Source: Alphaproteobacteria bacterium
Lineage (GTDB): Bacteria > Pseudomonadota > Alphaproteobacteria > Bin95
Length of the DNA stretch: 64,000 nucleotides
Assembly (NCBI GenBank): GCA_965205265.1
Contig: CBDBGH010000003.1
Coordinates: 2,016,001-2,080,000, forward strand
Reading direction: 5' to 3'
A model generated the notes under the pieces. It was not told where the DNA came from. It did not search any database and worked only from the letters and a program-made list of their open reading frames with translations. Positions 37,654-48,687 of this stretch are shown one piece after another. A program made the translations under genes and the position numbers. Within the stretch, counting starts at the first letter, position 1, and the number at the start of each line of letters is the position of its first letter.

Positions 37654-40600
37654 ATGACTCGCTTGCATTTCCAGCGTCACCACACCGGCGGATGCGCCTC
37701 GGCCTATGACGGCGTTGCGTTCGTTCGCAGAAACAGCGAAATCCGTAATCCCGACGGCACCCCCGTTTTCATTGCCGACGACATCATGGCGCCGCAGGAG
37801 TGGTCGCAGGTCGCCGTCGATGTGCTGGCGCAGAAATACTTCCGGAAAGCCGGCGTCCCGGACCGGACCGAGCCCGTCGCCGAGGACGGCGTGCCGGAGT
37901 GGCTCCGGCGCCGCCGGCCGGCCGAGGGCGCCGCTCTCGGCGGGGAGCGCGACGCCCGCCAGGTCTTCCACCGGCTCGCCGGCGCCTGGACCTATTGGGG
38001 CTGGAAGGGCGGCTATTTCTCCGGCGAGGAGGACGCGCGCGCCTATTACGACGAGATGCGCGCCATGCTCGCCCGGCAGATGGCGGCGCCGAACTCGCCG
38101 CAATGGTTCAACACCGGCCTCCACTGGGCCTATGGCATAGACGGCCCGGCCCAGGGCCATTACTTCGTCGATCCCGCCACGGGCGAGTGCCGCGCGTCCG
38201 CGTCCGCCTATGAGCGGCCCCAGCCCCATGCCTGCTTCATCCAGTCCGTCTCCGACGACCTGGTGAACGAAGGCGGCATCATGGACCTCTGGCAGCGCGA
38301 GGCGCGGCTGTTCAAATACGGCTCCGGCACCGGCACCAATTTCTCGAAGCTGCGCGGCGAGGGCGAGCCGCTTTCCGGCGGCGGGCGCTCCTCCGGGCTG
38401 ATGAGCTTCCTCAAGATCGGCGACCGCGCGGCGGGCGCCATCAAGTCAGGCGGCACCACGCGCCGGGCCGCCAAGATGGTCACGCTCGACATCGACCACC
38501 CCGACATCGAGGAATATATCGACTGGAAGGTCGTGGAGGAGCAGAAGGTCGCCGCGCTGGTGGCCGGCTCGAAGGCCTGCGAGAAGCACCTGGGCCGCGT
38601 GATCGCCGCCTGCGCTCCCGGTAACGGGGCCGGCGGGGCGGATGAGGCGGACCGCTTCGACCCGAAGCGCAACCGGGCACTGCGCAAGGCGGTGGTCGGC
38701 GCGCGCGAGGCCGCGATCCCGGAAAGCTATATCCAGCGGGTGATCCAGTTCGCCCGCCAGGGATTCACGGCCATCGACTTCCGCACCTACGACACCGACT
38801 GGGACAGCGAGGCCTACCGCACCGTCGCCGGCCAGAATTCCAACAACTCCGTGCGACTGACGGACGAGTTCCTCCGGACCGTCGAGGCGGACGGCGAGTG
38901 GGCGCTCACGCAGCGCACGGACGGCGCGGTGGCGAAGACCGTTTCCGCGCGCCGCCTGATGGACAAGGTGGCCCATGCCGCCTGGGCCTCGGCGGACCCC
39001 GGCGTCCAGTTCGACACGACCGTCAACGACTGGCACACCTGCCCGGCGGAAGGGCGCATCGACGCCTCCAACCCGTGCTCGGAATACATGTTCCTGGACG
39101 ACACGGCCTGCAACCTGGCGTCGATCAACCTGATGGCGTTCCGGCAGGAGGACGGCGAATTCGACATCGAGGGCTTCCGGCACACCGTCCGGCTGTGGAC
39201 GGTCGCGCTCGAAATCTCGGAGTCGATGGCGCAGTTCCCCTCGCGGCGCATCGCCGAGAGGTCCTACCGCTACCGCCCGCTCGGCCTCGGCTTCGCCAAT
39301 GTCGGCGGGCTGCTGATGGCCTCCGGCATCGCCTACGACAGCGAGGAGGGCCGCGCGGCGGCCGGCGCCATCACCGCGCTGATGACCGGCACGGCCTATG
39401 CGACATCGGCGGAGATCGCGGGCGAGCTCGGCCCCTTCGACGGCTACCCCGCCAATGCCGAATCCATGCTGCGCGTGATCCGCAACCACCGCCGCGCCGC
39501 GCAGGGCTGCACGGAGGGCTATGAGGGGCTGAACACGAAGCCGCAGCCGCTCGACGCCGGGGCGTGCCCCTTCGACGGCCTCGCCGGCGCTGCGGGCGCC
39601 GCCTGGGACGACGCGCTCGCCGCCGGCGAACGGCACGGCTACCGCAATGCCCAGGCCACGGTCATCGCGCCCACCGGCACGATCGGCCTGGTGATGGACT
39701 GCGACACCACCGGCATCGAGCCGGATTTCGCGCTGGTGAAGTTCAAGAAGCTCGCCGGCGGCGGCTATTTCAAGATCATCAACAGCCTGGTGCCGGCGGC
39801 GCTGACCGCGCTCGGCTACGACTCCGGGCAGATCGAGGCCATCGAACGCCATGCGGTCGGCCGCGGCACGCTGAAGGATTCGCCCGCCATCGGCCATGAG
39901 GCGCTGGCTGCGAAGGGCTTCACGCCCCAGATGATCGATGCGCTGGAGGCCGCGCTGCCGGGCGCCTTCGACATCCGCTTCGTCTTCAACCGCTGGACGC
40001 TCGGCGAGGAGGCTTGCCGCGAGGCGCTCGGTCTGGACGGGGAGCAGCTGGAGAGCGCCGACCTGCTGGGCGCGCTCGGTTTCTCCAAAGAGGAGATCGA
40101 GGCCGCCAACCTCCATTGCGGCGGCGCGATGACCGTCGAGGGCGCGCCGGAGCTCCGCGACGAGCATCTGGCGGTGTTCGACTGCGCCAATCCCTGCGGC
40201 CGGAACGGCACCCGCCACCTCTCGACCGAGAGCCATATCCGGATGCTGGGCGCGGTGCAGCCTTTCATCTCGGGCGCGATTTCCAAGACCGTGAACATGG
40301 CGAACGGCGCAACCGTCGAGGACTGCATCGAGGCCTACCGCCTCTCCTGGAGCCTCGGCCTCAAGGCGAACGCGCTTTACCGCGACGGCTCGAAGCTCTC
40401 GCAGCCGCTCGCGGCGACGGCGCTCGGCGGCGACCTCGCCGAGGAGGTCGCCGAGATGCCGGCGGCGGCGCGCGCGCCCGTCCTGGCGGAGCGTATCGTC
40501 GAGCGCCGCCTGATCGAGCGCAAGCGCCTGCCGGACCGCCGCAAGGGCTACACGCAGAAGGCCACGGTCGGGAACCACAAGGTCTATCTGCGCACCGGCG

Positions 40601-41241
40601 AATACGATGACGGCAAGCTCGGCGAGATCTTCATCGACATGCACAAGGAGGGCGCGGCCTTCCGCAGCCTGATGAACAATTTCGCCATCGGCATCTCCAT
40701 CGGCCTGCAATACGGCGTGCCGCTGGAGGAATATGTCGAGGCCTTCACCTTCACGCGCTTCGAGCCCTCCGGCCTGGTGGAGGGCAATGACGCGATCAAG
40801 ATGTCCACCTCGATCCTGGATTATCTCTTCCGCGAGCTTGCGATCTCCTATCTCGGGCGCGGCGACCTCAGCCATGTCATGCCGGACGACGTCCGGCCGG
40901 ACAGCCTGGGCGGCGGCGAGAACGAAGCGGCGCTGGCGGACCGCGAGATGGGCCAGCCGATCCCGACGGCGACCAGCCGCGGCTTCGTGCGCGACAACCT
41001 CTATGTGGTCTCGGAGTGGCAGAACGAGACCGCGCTCAGAGCGCAGGACGACGCCGAGGAAGATGTGATCGCCGAGCCGGTCCGGGCATCGGCCGCCGGC
41101 GGCAGCGCCACGGCGATCAGCCGGGCCCGGATGATGGGCTATGAGGGCGACGCTTGCGGCAGCTGCGGCAACTTCACCATGGTCCGCAACGGCACCTGCA
41201 TGAAATGCATGACCTGCGGCCAGACGGACGGGTGCAGCTGA
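37654..41241 (+). CDS. nrdJ: Vitamin B12-dependent (class II) ribonucleotide reductase
   Basis: [32 protein letters not shown]-terminal CGSC...CMTC. Confidence 0.96.
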   Translation: MTRLHFQRHHTGGCASAYDGVAFVRRNSEIRNPDGTPVFIADDIMAPQEWSQVAVDVLAQKYFRKAGVPDRTEPVAEDGVPEWLRRRRPAEGAALGGERDARQVFHRLAGAWTYWGWKGGYFSGEEDARAYYDEMRAMLARQMAAPNSPQWFNTGLHWAYGIDGPAQGHYFVDPATGECRASASAYERPQPHACFIQSVSDDLVNEGGIMDLWQREARLFKYGSGTGTNFSKLRGEGEPLSGGGRSSGLMSFLKIGDRAAGAIKSGGTTRRAAKMVTLDIDHPDIEEYIDWKVVEEQKVAALVAGSKACEKHLGRVIAACAPGNGAGGADEADRFDPKRNRALRKAVVGAREAAIPESYIQRVIQFARQGFTAIDFRTYDTDWDSEAYRTVAGQNSNNSVRLTDEFLRTVEADGEWALTQRTDGAVAKTVSARRLMDKVAHAAWASADPGVQFDTTVNDWHTCPAEGRIDASNPCSEYMFLDDTACNLASINLMAFRQEDGEFDIEGFRHTVRLWTVALEISESMAQFPSRRIAERSYRYRPLGLGFANVGGLLMASGIAYDSEEGRAAAGAITALMTGTAYATSAEIAGELGPFDGYPANAESMLRVIRNHRRAAQGCTEGYEGLNTKPQPLDAGACPFDGLAGAAGAAWDDALAAGERHGYRNAQATVIAPTGTIGLVMDCDTTGIEPDFALVKFKKLAGGGYFKIINSLVPAALTALGYDSGQIEAIERHAVGRGTLKDSPAIGHEALAAKGFTPQMIDALEAALPGAFDIRFVFNRWTLGEEACREALGLDGEQLESADLLGALGFSKEEIEAANLHCGGAMTVEGAPELRDEHLAVFDCANPCGRNGTRHLSTESHIRMLGAVQPFISGAISKTVNMANGATVEDCIEAYRLSWSLGLKANALYRDGSKLSQPLAATALGGDLAEEVAEMPAAARAPVLAERIVERRLIERKRLPDRRKGYTQKATVGNHKVYLRTGEYDDGKLGEIFIDMHKEGAAFRSLMNNFAIGISIGLQYGVPLEEYVEAFTFTRFEPSGLVEGNDAIKMSTSILDYLFRELAISYLGRGDLSHVMPDDVRPDSLGGGENEAALADREMGQPIPTATSRGFVRDNLYVVSEWQNETALRAQDDAEEDVIAEPVRASAAGGSATAISRARMMGYEGDACGSCGNFTMVRNGTCMKCMTCGQTDGCS

Positions 41242-41281
41242 CGGGTCCCGCCGGCAGCGTTTCGGAACGACAGGCCGTTCT

Positions 41282-42073
41282 CTACCGCCCCGAGAAGACG
41301 GGCTTGCGCTTTTCGACGAAGGCCCTGGCGGCTTCGAGATGGTCTTCCGTCAGGCCGGAGCGGGAGTGGTTGCGGGCTTCCATGTCGAGCGTCTCGGAGA
41401 GCGAGGCGGTGACGGCGCCGTTCAGCGTCTGCTTCATGTAGGCAAGCGTGATGCGCGGGCCGGCGGCGAGGCTCTCCGCGAGCTTCGCGGTCTCCGCTTC
41501 CAGCACATCGTCGGCAACGACCCGGTTGAGAATGCCCAGCGCCAGCGCCTCTTCCGCGCCGAGCCGCGCGGCCGTCATGTAGAGTTCCTTCGCCTTCGCC
41601 GGGCCGACCAGCCGCGTCAGGAACCAGGACCCGCCGAAATCGCCCGATAGCGCCACCTGCGCGAAGCCCGTGGTAATCAGCGCCGTCTCGCTGGCGATCC
41701 GCATGTCGCAGGCAAGCGCGACTGAGAGGCTGGCCCCGGCCGCCGGGCCGCGGATCATGGCGATGACCGGCTTCGGCATCTCGTGGATGACCCGGCTCAC
41801 TTCCATGCGGCGGCGGAGCGACTGCGTGCGCCCTTCCAGCGTGTCGTCCTGGTGCGATCCCTGCGCCATGCCCTTCACATCGCCCCCGGCGGAGAAGCCG
41901 CGTCCGGCGCCCGACAGCACGATGCAGCCGATCTCCCGGTCCTCCGAGAGGCGCTGCATCGCCGCGAGCAGCCCGTCCAGCATCCCGTCGGTCAGCGCAT
42001 TCAGCCGCTCCGGCCGGTTGAGCGTGAGCCAGGCGACGCCGTTCTCCCGGCGCTCCAGCAGATGGTCGGACAT
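41282..42073 (-). CDS. Enoyl-CoA hydratase/isomerase
   Basis: LNRPERLNAL, FSAGGD, PKPVIA, ACDMRIA, FVEKRKP. Confidence 0.92.
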   Translation of the reverse strand: MSDHLLERRENGVAWLTLNRPERLNALTDGMLDGLLAAMQRLSEDREIGCIVLSGAGRGFSAGGDVKGMAQGSHQDDTLEGRTQSLRRRMEVSRVIHEMPKPVIAMIRGPAAGASLSVALACDMRIASETALITTGFAQVALSGDFGGSWFLTRLVGPAKAKELYMTAARLGAEEALALGILNRVVADDVLEAETAKLAESLAAGPRITLAYMKQTLNGAVTASLSETLDMEARNHSRSGLTEDHLEAARAFVEKRKPVFSGR

Positions 42074-42081
42074 AGGCCGCC

Positions 42082-43164
42082 CTACTCCGCCGCCTCGGGG
42101 CGTGGCGGCGCGCCGAAACCGGCGAGCGGCCCGAGTTCCTTTTCCACCATGGGCCGAATGTCCGTCACCAGCTTCTCCATGCTGTCGAGCGCCGCGCGGT
42201 GCGAGGAGCCGCCGACCTGGAAATGGAACATGATGTGCGCCGGCCGCGCCGCGCGGATTTCGGCCGTCAGCCGCTCCGCGATGGTCTCGGGGTCGCCGAC
42301 CAGCAGATTGTCCGCGATCTCCTCCAGCGTCAGCTCCTCCGGCATCGGCACCTCGGTCATCATCGCCCCGTCCATGACCTCGGCGCGCCGTCGGAGCGCC
42401 GAGGCGAGGCGCATCTGGTGGCGGGCATTGTCGACATAGGCGAGCGTCTCAGCCCGGCTTTCCGTCACGCAGAGGAAGCGCTGGAAGCCGAGCCGCATCG
42501 TCTCCGGGTCGCAGCCCTCCGCCCGGTAGGCCCCGGCGATGCGCTCGCGCATCCCGGCCAGGTAGTCTGCGCCGAGCCACCGGCCGGTGAACATGGGCGC
42601 ATAGCCGCGCCGGGCGCAAAGGCGGTGCCCGATCTCGCCGTCGCCCGCAACCCAGATGTCCGGGCAGCCATCGACCGGACGGGCGCTGATATGGGTCTCG
42701 GGCATGGTGTAGTAGTCGCCCTCATAGCTGAAGGTCTCGTTGGCGAAGGCAAGCTCCAGAATGTCGAGAAACTCTTCCAGCCTGGGCCGCGCTTCGGCGA
42801 GGTCCTGGCCGAAGCGCTCGAACTCGTAGGGCTGGTAGCCGCTGCCGACGCCGAGCACGAGCCGGCCGCCGGAGAAGGCGTCCACCATGCCGATCTCGGC
42901 GAGCAGCCGCGCGGGCTGGTAGAGCGGCGTCACCACGACGGCGGGGGCGAGCTTGATGTTCCGGGTCTCGCCGGCGCAGCGCGCGGCCATCAGCAGCGGC
43001 GAGGGGCAGATGCAGTAGTTGGAGAAGTGGTGCTCCGCAAACCAGGCTGTGGCGAAGCCGAGCCGGTCCGCCTGGCGCACCTGCTCGATATGCTCCTCGA
43101 ACACGCGCTGCGGCGGCGTGCCCCGCTCCCGGTAGCCCATCAGGCCGAAATAACCGAAGTCCAT
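42082..43164 (-). CDS. LLM-class flavin-dependent oxidoreductase
   Basis: Start MDFGYF; WFAEHHF, SGGRLVLGVGSGY. Confidence 0.88.
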   Translation of the reverse strand: MDFGYFGLMGYRERGTPPQRVFEEHIEQVRQADRLGFATAWFAEHHFSNYCICPSPLLMAARCAGETRNIKLAPAVVVTPLYQPARLLAEIGMVDAFSGGRLVLGVGSGYQPYEFERFGQDLAEARPRLEEFLDILELAFANETFSYEGDYYTMPETHISARPVDGCPDIWVAGDGEIGHRLCARRGYAPMFTGRWLGADYLAGMRERIAGAYRAEGCDPETMRLGFQRFLCVTESRAETLAYVDNARHQMRLASALRRRAEVMDGAMMTEVPMPEELTLEEIADNLLVGDPETIAERLTAEIRAARPAHIMFHFQVGGSSHRAALDSMEKLVTDIRPMVEKELGPLAGFGAPPRPEAAE

Positions 43165-43207
43165 CGCTCGCCTCCCCTCGCCTGTCCGGCCGGGAGCATA
43201 GCAGCCG

Positions 43208-43972
43208 TCAGGCGAGGCGGAACCGCATGCCCCCGAGCGCGATAACCCCGTCATCGACCGGCAATCCCGCAGCCCGCGCATTGGCGAAGGCGGCGTCCGG
43301 GTCCTCGGCCTTGAGGTCGAGGCCCGCCAGCCCCTCGCCGCGCCCGTCCCTGGCCTCGACGAAGCGCAGCCGGGCATTGTCGAGCGGCAGCGCGAGGGCG
43401 CCCCTGCCGTCTGCCTCCAGCGGGATTTCGGCGATGCCGCTCCAGCGCCGGGCCAGCCGTTCCGGGTCCGGGCCCTGCAGCTCGGCCGCCAGGATCGCGG
43501 ATACGACGCCCGTGCGGACATGCGGCTTCCAGTCCGGCCCGGCCGGGTGCCATGGCCCGTCCTCCGCCTCGCCGCCCTGCTGGCAGTCGATCTCGAAGAA
43601 GGCCCCGCCGGTGTCCTTCGGATGAAGCTGCATCCCCTGGAAACCGCCGTGCTCCAGCGGGTTGGCGATACGCACGCCGAGTTCGGCGGCGCGCCGGCGG
43701 CGCGCTTGCAGATCCGGGCATTGCGTGATGACCATGTAGCCGCCGTCGCCGCCGTGCCGGTCCAGATAGCGCCCCGCCGCCGTTCCCGGCCCGGTCGGCG
43801 CGACGACCTCAAGGAATTGGTTTCCGACCGGCAGCAGCGCATTCACCAGCCCGTAGGCCGCCACCGCCGGATCGACATAGCAGACCTCCAGCCCGAAGAC
43901 GCGCTTCAGGCCGGCGACGACAGGCTCAAGGTCATGCGCGACGAGACAGATCTGCCTGAGGCGCAGGCGCAT
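43208..43972 (-). CDS. VOC/glyoxalase-like protein
   Basis: MRLRLRQICLVA, FLEVVAP, GDGGYMVI, QLHPKDTGG. Confidence 0.75.
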   Translation of the reverse strand: MRLRLRQICLVAHDLEPVVAGLKRVFGLEVCYVDPAVAAYGLVNALLPVGNQFLEVVAPTGPGTAAGRYLDRHGGDGGYMVITQCPDLQARRRRAAELGVRIANPLEHGGFQGMQLHPKDTGGAFFEIDCQQGGEAEDGPWHPAGPDWKPHVRTGVVSAILAAELQGPDPERLARRWSGIAEIPLEADGRGALALPLDNARLRFVEARDGRGEGLAGLDLKAEDPDAAFANARAAGLPVDDGVIALGGMRFRLA

Positions 43973-44123
43973 GGACGGTTCCTCCCCCTTCGACCGCCCC
44001 ACTCTGCCGCGCCGGCGCGCCGCCCCGCAAGCGGATTGACTTCCCCGCCGCTGCCGCCCGATATTCCGCGAATCCGCTTTTCGCTGCACGCCCCCTGTAT
44101 GCGGGCGAGGAGACAACCTGCCC

Positions 44124-45332
44124 ATGCCGACCCCCCTGCCCCTGGAGGGCGTCAAGGTCTTCGACGCCACCCAGGGCGTCGCCGGCCCGCACAGCACCAT
44201 GCTGCTGGCCCAGCACGGCGCGGAAGTCACCAAGCTGGAGCCGCTCGACGGCGACTGGGGGCGCACGCTCGGCAAGGCCTATGGCGACCAGTGCGCCCAT
44301 TCCGTCGTGTTCAACCGCGGCAAGAAATCGCTCGCCATGGACATGAAGAACGAGGCCGCGCAGAAGGTCGCCTTCAAGCTCGCCTCCGAGGCCGACATCG
44401 TGGTGGAGAGCTTCCGCCCCGGCGTGATGGCGCGCTTCGGCATCGGCTACGAGCAGGTGAAGGCCGTCAATCCGGAGGTCATCTACCTCTCGGTCACGGG
44501 CTTCGGCCAGGACGGCCCCTATAACCGCCTGCCGGTGACGGACTCGGTGATCCAGGCGTTTTCGGGCTGGATGTCGATCAACCGCGACGCCGCCGGCACG
44601 CCGCAGCGCATCGGCATGATCGCCATCGACGTGATGACCGGCCTCTACGCCTACCAGGCCATATCGTCGGCGCTGCTCCGCAAGTTCCGGTTCGGCAAGG
44701 GCGGCTATATCGACTGCTCGCTGATGCAGGCGGCGGCGGCGTTCCAGTCCGCCAAGGTGATGGAGCATTACCTGGAAGGCGGCGCGCCGCAGGTGCTCTA
44801 TGTGCCGGTCGGCACGATGCAGACCGCCGACGGCTACATCAACATCACCGCCATGCGCGAGCGCCACTACGTCTCGCTCTGCAAGGTGCTGGGGCGCGAC
44901 GACCTCGCCGACGACCCGCGCTACAACAGCCGCGAGAAGCGCATCGAGCGCGAGGCGGAGCTGATGCCGGTCATCCGCGAGGCGTTCCTGAAGCGCACAA
45001 CCGCCGAATGGGCCGAGGCGCTGACCGGGGAAGGCGTGATGAACGCGCCCGTCTCCACCTACAGCCATTTTCTCGACGACGAGCATGTGAAGGCGGTGGA
45101 GAGCGTCGCCTGGATGGAGCATCCCGGCATGCCGGGCGCGCTGCCGGTCACCAACATTCCGGGGCTTGCGAAGGCCGGGTCCGGCGGTGCGCTCGATCTG
45201 GCCCCGCATATCGGCGAGCACTCGCGCGAAATCCTGCTGCGCGAAGGCTGGACGCCGGCAGAGGTGGAAGAACTCGTGGCCGCCGGAGCGGTCGGCGAGA
45301 TGACGGAAACAACGGCCGAAGCCGCGGAGTAG
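44124..45332 (+). CDS. CoA-transferase family III
   Basis: PLEGVKV, VAGP, NRGKKSL, ESFRPG, APHIGEH. Confidence 0.9.
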   Translation: MPTPLPLEGVKVFDATQGVAGPHSTMLLAQHGAEVTKLEPLDGDWGRTLGKAYGDQCAHSVVFNRGKKSLAMDMKNEAAQKVAFKLASEADIVVESFRPGVMARFGIGYEQVKAVNPEVIYLSVTGFGQDGPYNRLPVTDSVIQAFSGWMSINRDAAGTPQRIGMIAIDVMTGLYAYQAISSALLRKFRFGKGGYIDCSLMQAAAAFQSAKVMEHYLEGGAPQVLYVPVGTMQTADGYINITAMRERHYVSLCKVLGRDDLADDPRYNSREKRIEREAELMPVIREAFLKRTTAEWAEALTGEGVMNAPVSTYSHFLDDEHVKAVESVAWMEHPGMPGALPVTNIPGLAKAGSGGALDLAPHIGEHSREILLREGWTPAEVEELVAAGAVGEMTETTAEAAE

Positions 45333-45335
45333 AAG

Positions 45336-46196
45336 ATGAAATTGTTGCGTTACGGCCCGAGGGGCCAGGAGAAGCCGGGCCTGCTGGACGCGGGCGGCGC
45401 CATTCGCGACCTGTCCGGGGTCGTCTCCGACCTCGGCCCCGGGGAGATTTCGCCCGCGGGCCTCGAGCGCCTTGCAGGCCTCGACGCTGCGAGCCTGCCG
45501 GAAGTCTCCGGGTCGCCGCGCCTCGGCCTGCCGGTCGCCGGCACGGCCAAGGTGCTCTGCGTCGGCCTCAACTACATCGACCACGCCAATGAGGTGGGCG
45601 CATCGATCCCCGAGGACGCGATCTACTTCCAGAAGCCGGTCACGGCGCTGACGGGGCCGAACGACCCCATCGTCAAGCCGGTCGATTCGACCATGCTCGA
45701 CTGGGAGGTCGAGCTGGTTGTCGTCATGGGCTCGAAGGCGCAATATATCGCCGAGAGCGAGGTCATGGACCATGTCGCCGGTTTCGCGCTCGGCAACGAT
45801 GTCTCCGAGCGCGAGTTCCAGACCCGGCGGTCCGGCCAGTGGACCAAGGGCAAGAGCCATGACAGCTTCGCGCCCATCGGCCCCTGGCTGGTGACGAAGG
45901 ACGAGATCGCCGACGTGCAGAACCTCGACATGTTCCTGAATGTGAACGGCGAGCGGATGCAGACCGGCAATACGGCCAAGATGATCTTCTCGGTCGTCGA
46001 GGCGGTCGCCTATGCGAGCCGCTTCATGACGTTGATGCCCGGCGACGTCGTCATGACCGGCACGCCGCCCGGCGTCGGCAGCGCCATGAAGCCGCCGCGC
46101 TTCCTCGATGTCGGCGACGAGGTCCATCTCGGCATAGAAGGCCTCGGCGAAGCCCGCCAGACGGTCGTCTCCTGGGAGGACAGGCCGCAGGACTAG
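45336..46196 (+). CDS. Fumarylacetoacetate hydrolase family protein
   Basis: VGLNY.DH, DWEVEL, NDVSER, WTKGKS, PGDV..TGTP.GVG. Confidence 0.92.
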   Translation: MKLLRYGPRGQEKPGLLDAGGAIRDLSGVVSDLGPGEISPAGLERLAGLDAASLPEVSGSPRLGLPVAGTAKVLCVGLNYIDHANEVGASIPEDAIYFQKPVTALTGPNDPIVKPVDSTMLDWEVELVVVMGSKAQYIAESEVMDHVAGFALGNDVSEREFQTRRSGQWTKGKSHDSFAPIGPWLVTKDEIADVQNLDMFLNVNGERMQTGNTAKMIFSVVEAVAYASRFMTLMPGDVVMTGTPPGVGSAMKPPRFLDVGDEVHLGIEGLGEARQTVVSWEDRPQD

Positions 46197-46328
46197 GCCA
46201 CGATCCGTTCCGGTTGGATCGGCCTCATTTACCGTCGGAACGGATTGCGCGTTATATGGCGTCGTGCGCCGACGGTCCGAGGCCGGCGGCGCGCATCGGC
46301 GCAAGAACGCCGAAAGCTGTTCCCGCCT

Positions 46329-46982
46329 TTACGGCGCGGCCCCGTCTTCCGCATCGAGCAGGGCGCGCAATTGCGGCAGCAGGGCGGGGATGTGTATGCA
46401 GACGATGTTCCACACAATGTCGCCGTCCACATCGTTATATTCGTGCACGATGACGTTCCGCGCGTCCCGGATGCGCTGCCATTCGATTTCCGGATGGGCG
46501 TCGCGGATGCCCTGCGGGATGCGGCCCGCCGCCTCGCCGATGCGCACGATATTGAATTGCGCCATATCGTATATGGGATTGCTCCCGAGAAATTGCTCCA
46601 GGCCCATCCCGGCGGTTTCCGCCAACACCCTCTCGCCGAACCCGATCATGTCGCGCACGGGGATGCGCCAGTCCTTTGCGGGCCGGTCGGAGTCGTCCAT
46701 GGCGATGTCCTTCTCCACATAGGCGCGGTATTCGGGGCGCAGCCGCTCGGCGGGCACAAGATCGACCGGGCGGCCGAGCAGGCCCTCGAGATAGTCCTGC
46801 ATCTCCGCTTTGCGGGAGAGACAGGCCGGCCCCTCGAAGCGCACCAGCAGGTCGATGTCGCTGTCCTCCCGCGCCTGCCCGCGGGCGAAGGAGCCGAACA
46901 GGTCCAGCGACACGACGCCGAAACGCCGCTCCAGCTCCGGCCGATGCGCCTCCAGCACGCTCAGCACATAGTCCCGGTCCAT
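46329..46982 (-). CDS. Fused MNT nucleotidyltransferase and HEPN (DUF86/HepT-like) protein
   Basis: N-half FGSFARG...DSDIDLLV; C-half IGEAA...HPEIEW...RNVIVHEY; no stop between the halves. Confidence 0.85.
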   Translation of the reverse strand: MDRDYVLSVLEAHRPELERRFGVVSLDLFGSFARGQAREDSDIDLLVRFEGPACLSRKAEMQDYLEGLLGRPVDLVPAERLRPEYRAYVEKDIAMDDSDRPAKDWRIPVRDMIGFGERVLAETAGMGLEQFLGSNPIYDMAQFNIVRIGEAAGRIPQGIRDAHPEIEWQRIRDARNVIVHEYNDVDGDIVWNIVCIHIPALLPQLRALLDAEDGAAP

Positions 46983-47054
46983 GCCCGCACTATCGCCCCC
47001 GCCGCGCCTGCCCGCAAGCCCGGCCGAAAACCCTTCCATGCGAATCTTTTGTGT

Positions 47055-47067
47055 CCTAATATATAGG
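47055..47067. promoter_or_regulatory. Candidate MarR operator overlapping a -10 box
   Basis: CCTA-ATATA-TAGG palindrome immediately upstream of the marR-like ATG. Confidence 0.5.
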
Positions 47068-47069
47068 CG

Positions 47070-47558
47070 ATGAACTATGAGGATACGAACATGGAGGGCG
47101 CGGCGGGGCTGGAGAGCGATCATCGCTTCGGCCTGAAGCTTGCGGAGCTGTCGCGGCTCTGGCGCCAGGCGCTCGATGCGCGGCTCCGGCCGCTCGGCCT
47201 CTCGCAGGCGCGCTGGGCGGCGCTGATCCATCTCAGCGCCTATCCCGACGGGCTGACGCAGGGCCGCCTTGCGCTCAGGGTGGGCATCAGGGACTCGACG
47301 CTCGTGCCGCAACTCGACGCGCTCGCCCGCGACGGGCTGATCGAGCGGCGCGACTCCCCCGAAGACCGCCGCGCCAAGACGGTCCGGCTGACACCGGCCG
47401 CCCTGCCGTTGCTGGAGGAGATCGACCGGGTCGGCAGGGAGCTGCGCCAGGAACTCACGCAGGATATCGACCCGCAGCATCTCGACCTCTGCCTCCATGT
47501 CTTCAACGCGATACGGAACCGTCTCGAAGGGCTGAACGGGGACAGGAACAATGGCTGA
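47070..47558 (+). CDS. MarR/SlyA-family regulator
   Basis: LGLSQARW, LTQ..LA, GLIERR...DRRAK.V.LT. Confidence 0.9.
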   Translation: MNYEDTNMEGAAGLESDHRFGLKLAELSRLWRQALDARLRPLGLSQARWAALIHLSAYPDGLTQGRLALRVGIRDSTLVPQLDALARDGLIERRDSPEDRRAKTVRLTPAALPLLEEIDRVGRELRQELTQDIDPQHLDLCLHVFNAIRNRLEGLNGDRNNG

Positions 47559-48687
47559 AACGCCCGAGACCGCCGCCCCGGCCCCGCCGCCGGCGCGGCG
47601 CGGTGGCGCCATGCGGCGGCTTCGCTATCTCGCAATCGCCCTCATCGCCCTGGCGGCGCTGGCTTACGGCGCGCGCGAGGTGTGGGACCGCTTCACCCAT
47701 GTCCACGAATACGACGCGCGCATCAAGGCGAACATGGTGACGCTGGCGAGCAAGGTGGACGGCGTGATCCTCGAACTCGCGGTCGAGGAGGGCGACCGCG
47801 TGGAGGCCGGACAGGTGCTGGCGCGGCTCGACGACCGCATTCCGAAACTCAGGGTGCAGGGCCTCGAGGCCCAACTCGCCGGGCTGGAGGCCGAGCGCCG
47901 GCGCCTGCTCGTCGAGCGCGGCGTGATGGACGCGCAGACTTCCACCAGGATGCGCACGCGCGAGAGCGGCGTGCAGGCAAGCCGGGCGGGCCGTTCGGTG
48001 CTGCTGGCGGACCTCGAACTCGCGCGCTCCGAACTCCGCCGGGCCCAGGCGCTCTACAAGCGCCGGGTGGTCTCCAGGCAGGCTCTCGACCAGGCGAGCG
48101 CCAGGGTCGATCGCATCCAGGCGGACCTGAAGAAGGTCGATGCCGAGACGCAGGCGGCGCGCGCCCAGATGGCCGAGGCCGAGGCCGAACGACAACGCCT
48201 CGACGTGATCGATTCCGAACTGGCCATGCTGGACCACCGCACCGCCAGATTGCAGGCTGAACTCGACCAGCAGCGGGTCGATGTCGATGACCGGCTGCTG
48301 CGCGCGCCCGGCGACGGCCTCATCGACCGCATCTTCGTCGAGACCGGCGAATTCGTGAACGACGGCCAGCGCATGCTGCTGCTCCACGACCCCGACGACC
48401 TCTGGATCGAGGCCAATATCAAGGAGACCGAGCTCAGCCGGCTCCGGGTCGGCCAGGCCGTGGCGGTCTCTGTGGACGCCTATCCGGAGACCGCGTTCAC
48501 GGGCACGGTCGAGCGCATCGGCAGCACGACCACGGCCAATTTCGCCCTCCTCCCCACCCCGAACCCGAGCGGCAATTTCACCAAGATCACCCAGCGCGTG
48601 CCGGTGCGCATCGGTCTGGAGCGCAACGGCATGACGCTTCTGCCGGGCATGATGGTGGAAGTGAACATTGACGTCCGAGACCGTTGA
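47551..48687 (+). CDS. EmrA/HlyD-family membrane fusion protein
   Basis: VEEGDRV..GQVL, WIEANIKET, NPSGNFTKITQRVPVRI. Confidence 0.9.
   Translation: MAETPETAAPAPPPARRGGAMRRLRYLAIALIALAALAYGAREVWDRFTHVHEYDARIKANMVTLASKVDGVILELAVEEGDRVEAGQVLARLDDRIPKLRVQGLEAQLAGLEAERRRLLVERGVMDAQTSTRMRTRESGVQASRAGRSVLLADLELARSELRRAQALYKRRVVSRQALDQASARVDRIQADLKKVDAETQAARAQMAEAEAERQRLDVIDSELAMLDHRTARLQAELDQQRVDVDDRLLRAPGDGLIDRIFVETGEFVNDGQRMLLLHDPDDLWIEANIKETELSRLRVGQAVAVSVDAYPETAFTGTVERIGSTTTANFALLPTPNPSGNFTKITQRVPVRIGLERNGMTLLPGMMVEVNIDVRDR

Noticed and set aside
37654-41241. Intein or intron in nrdJ
   Set aside because: The length is ordinary for alphaproteobacterial NrdJ and no splice-junction or homing-endonuclease motifs were seen.
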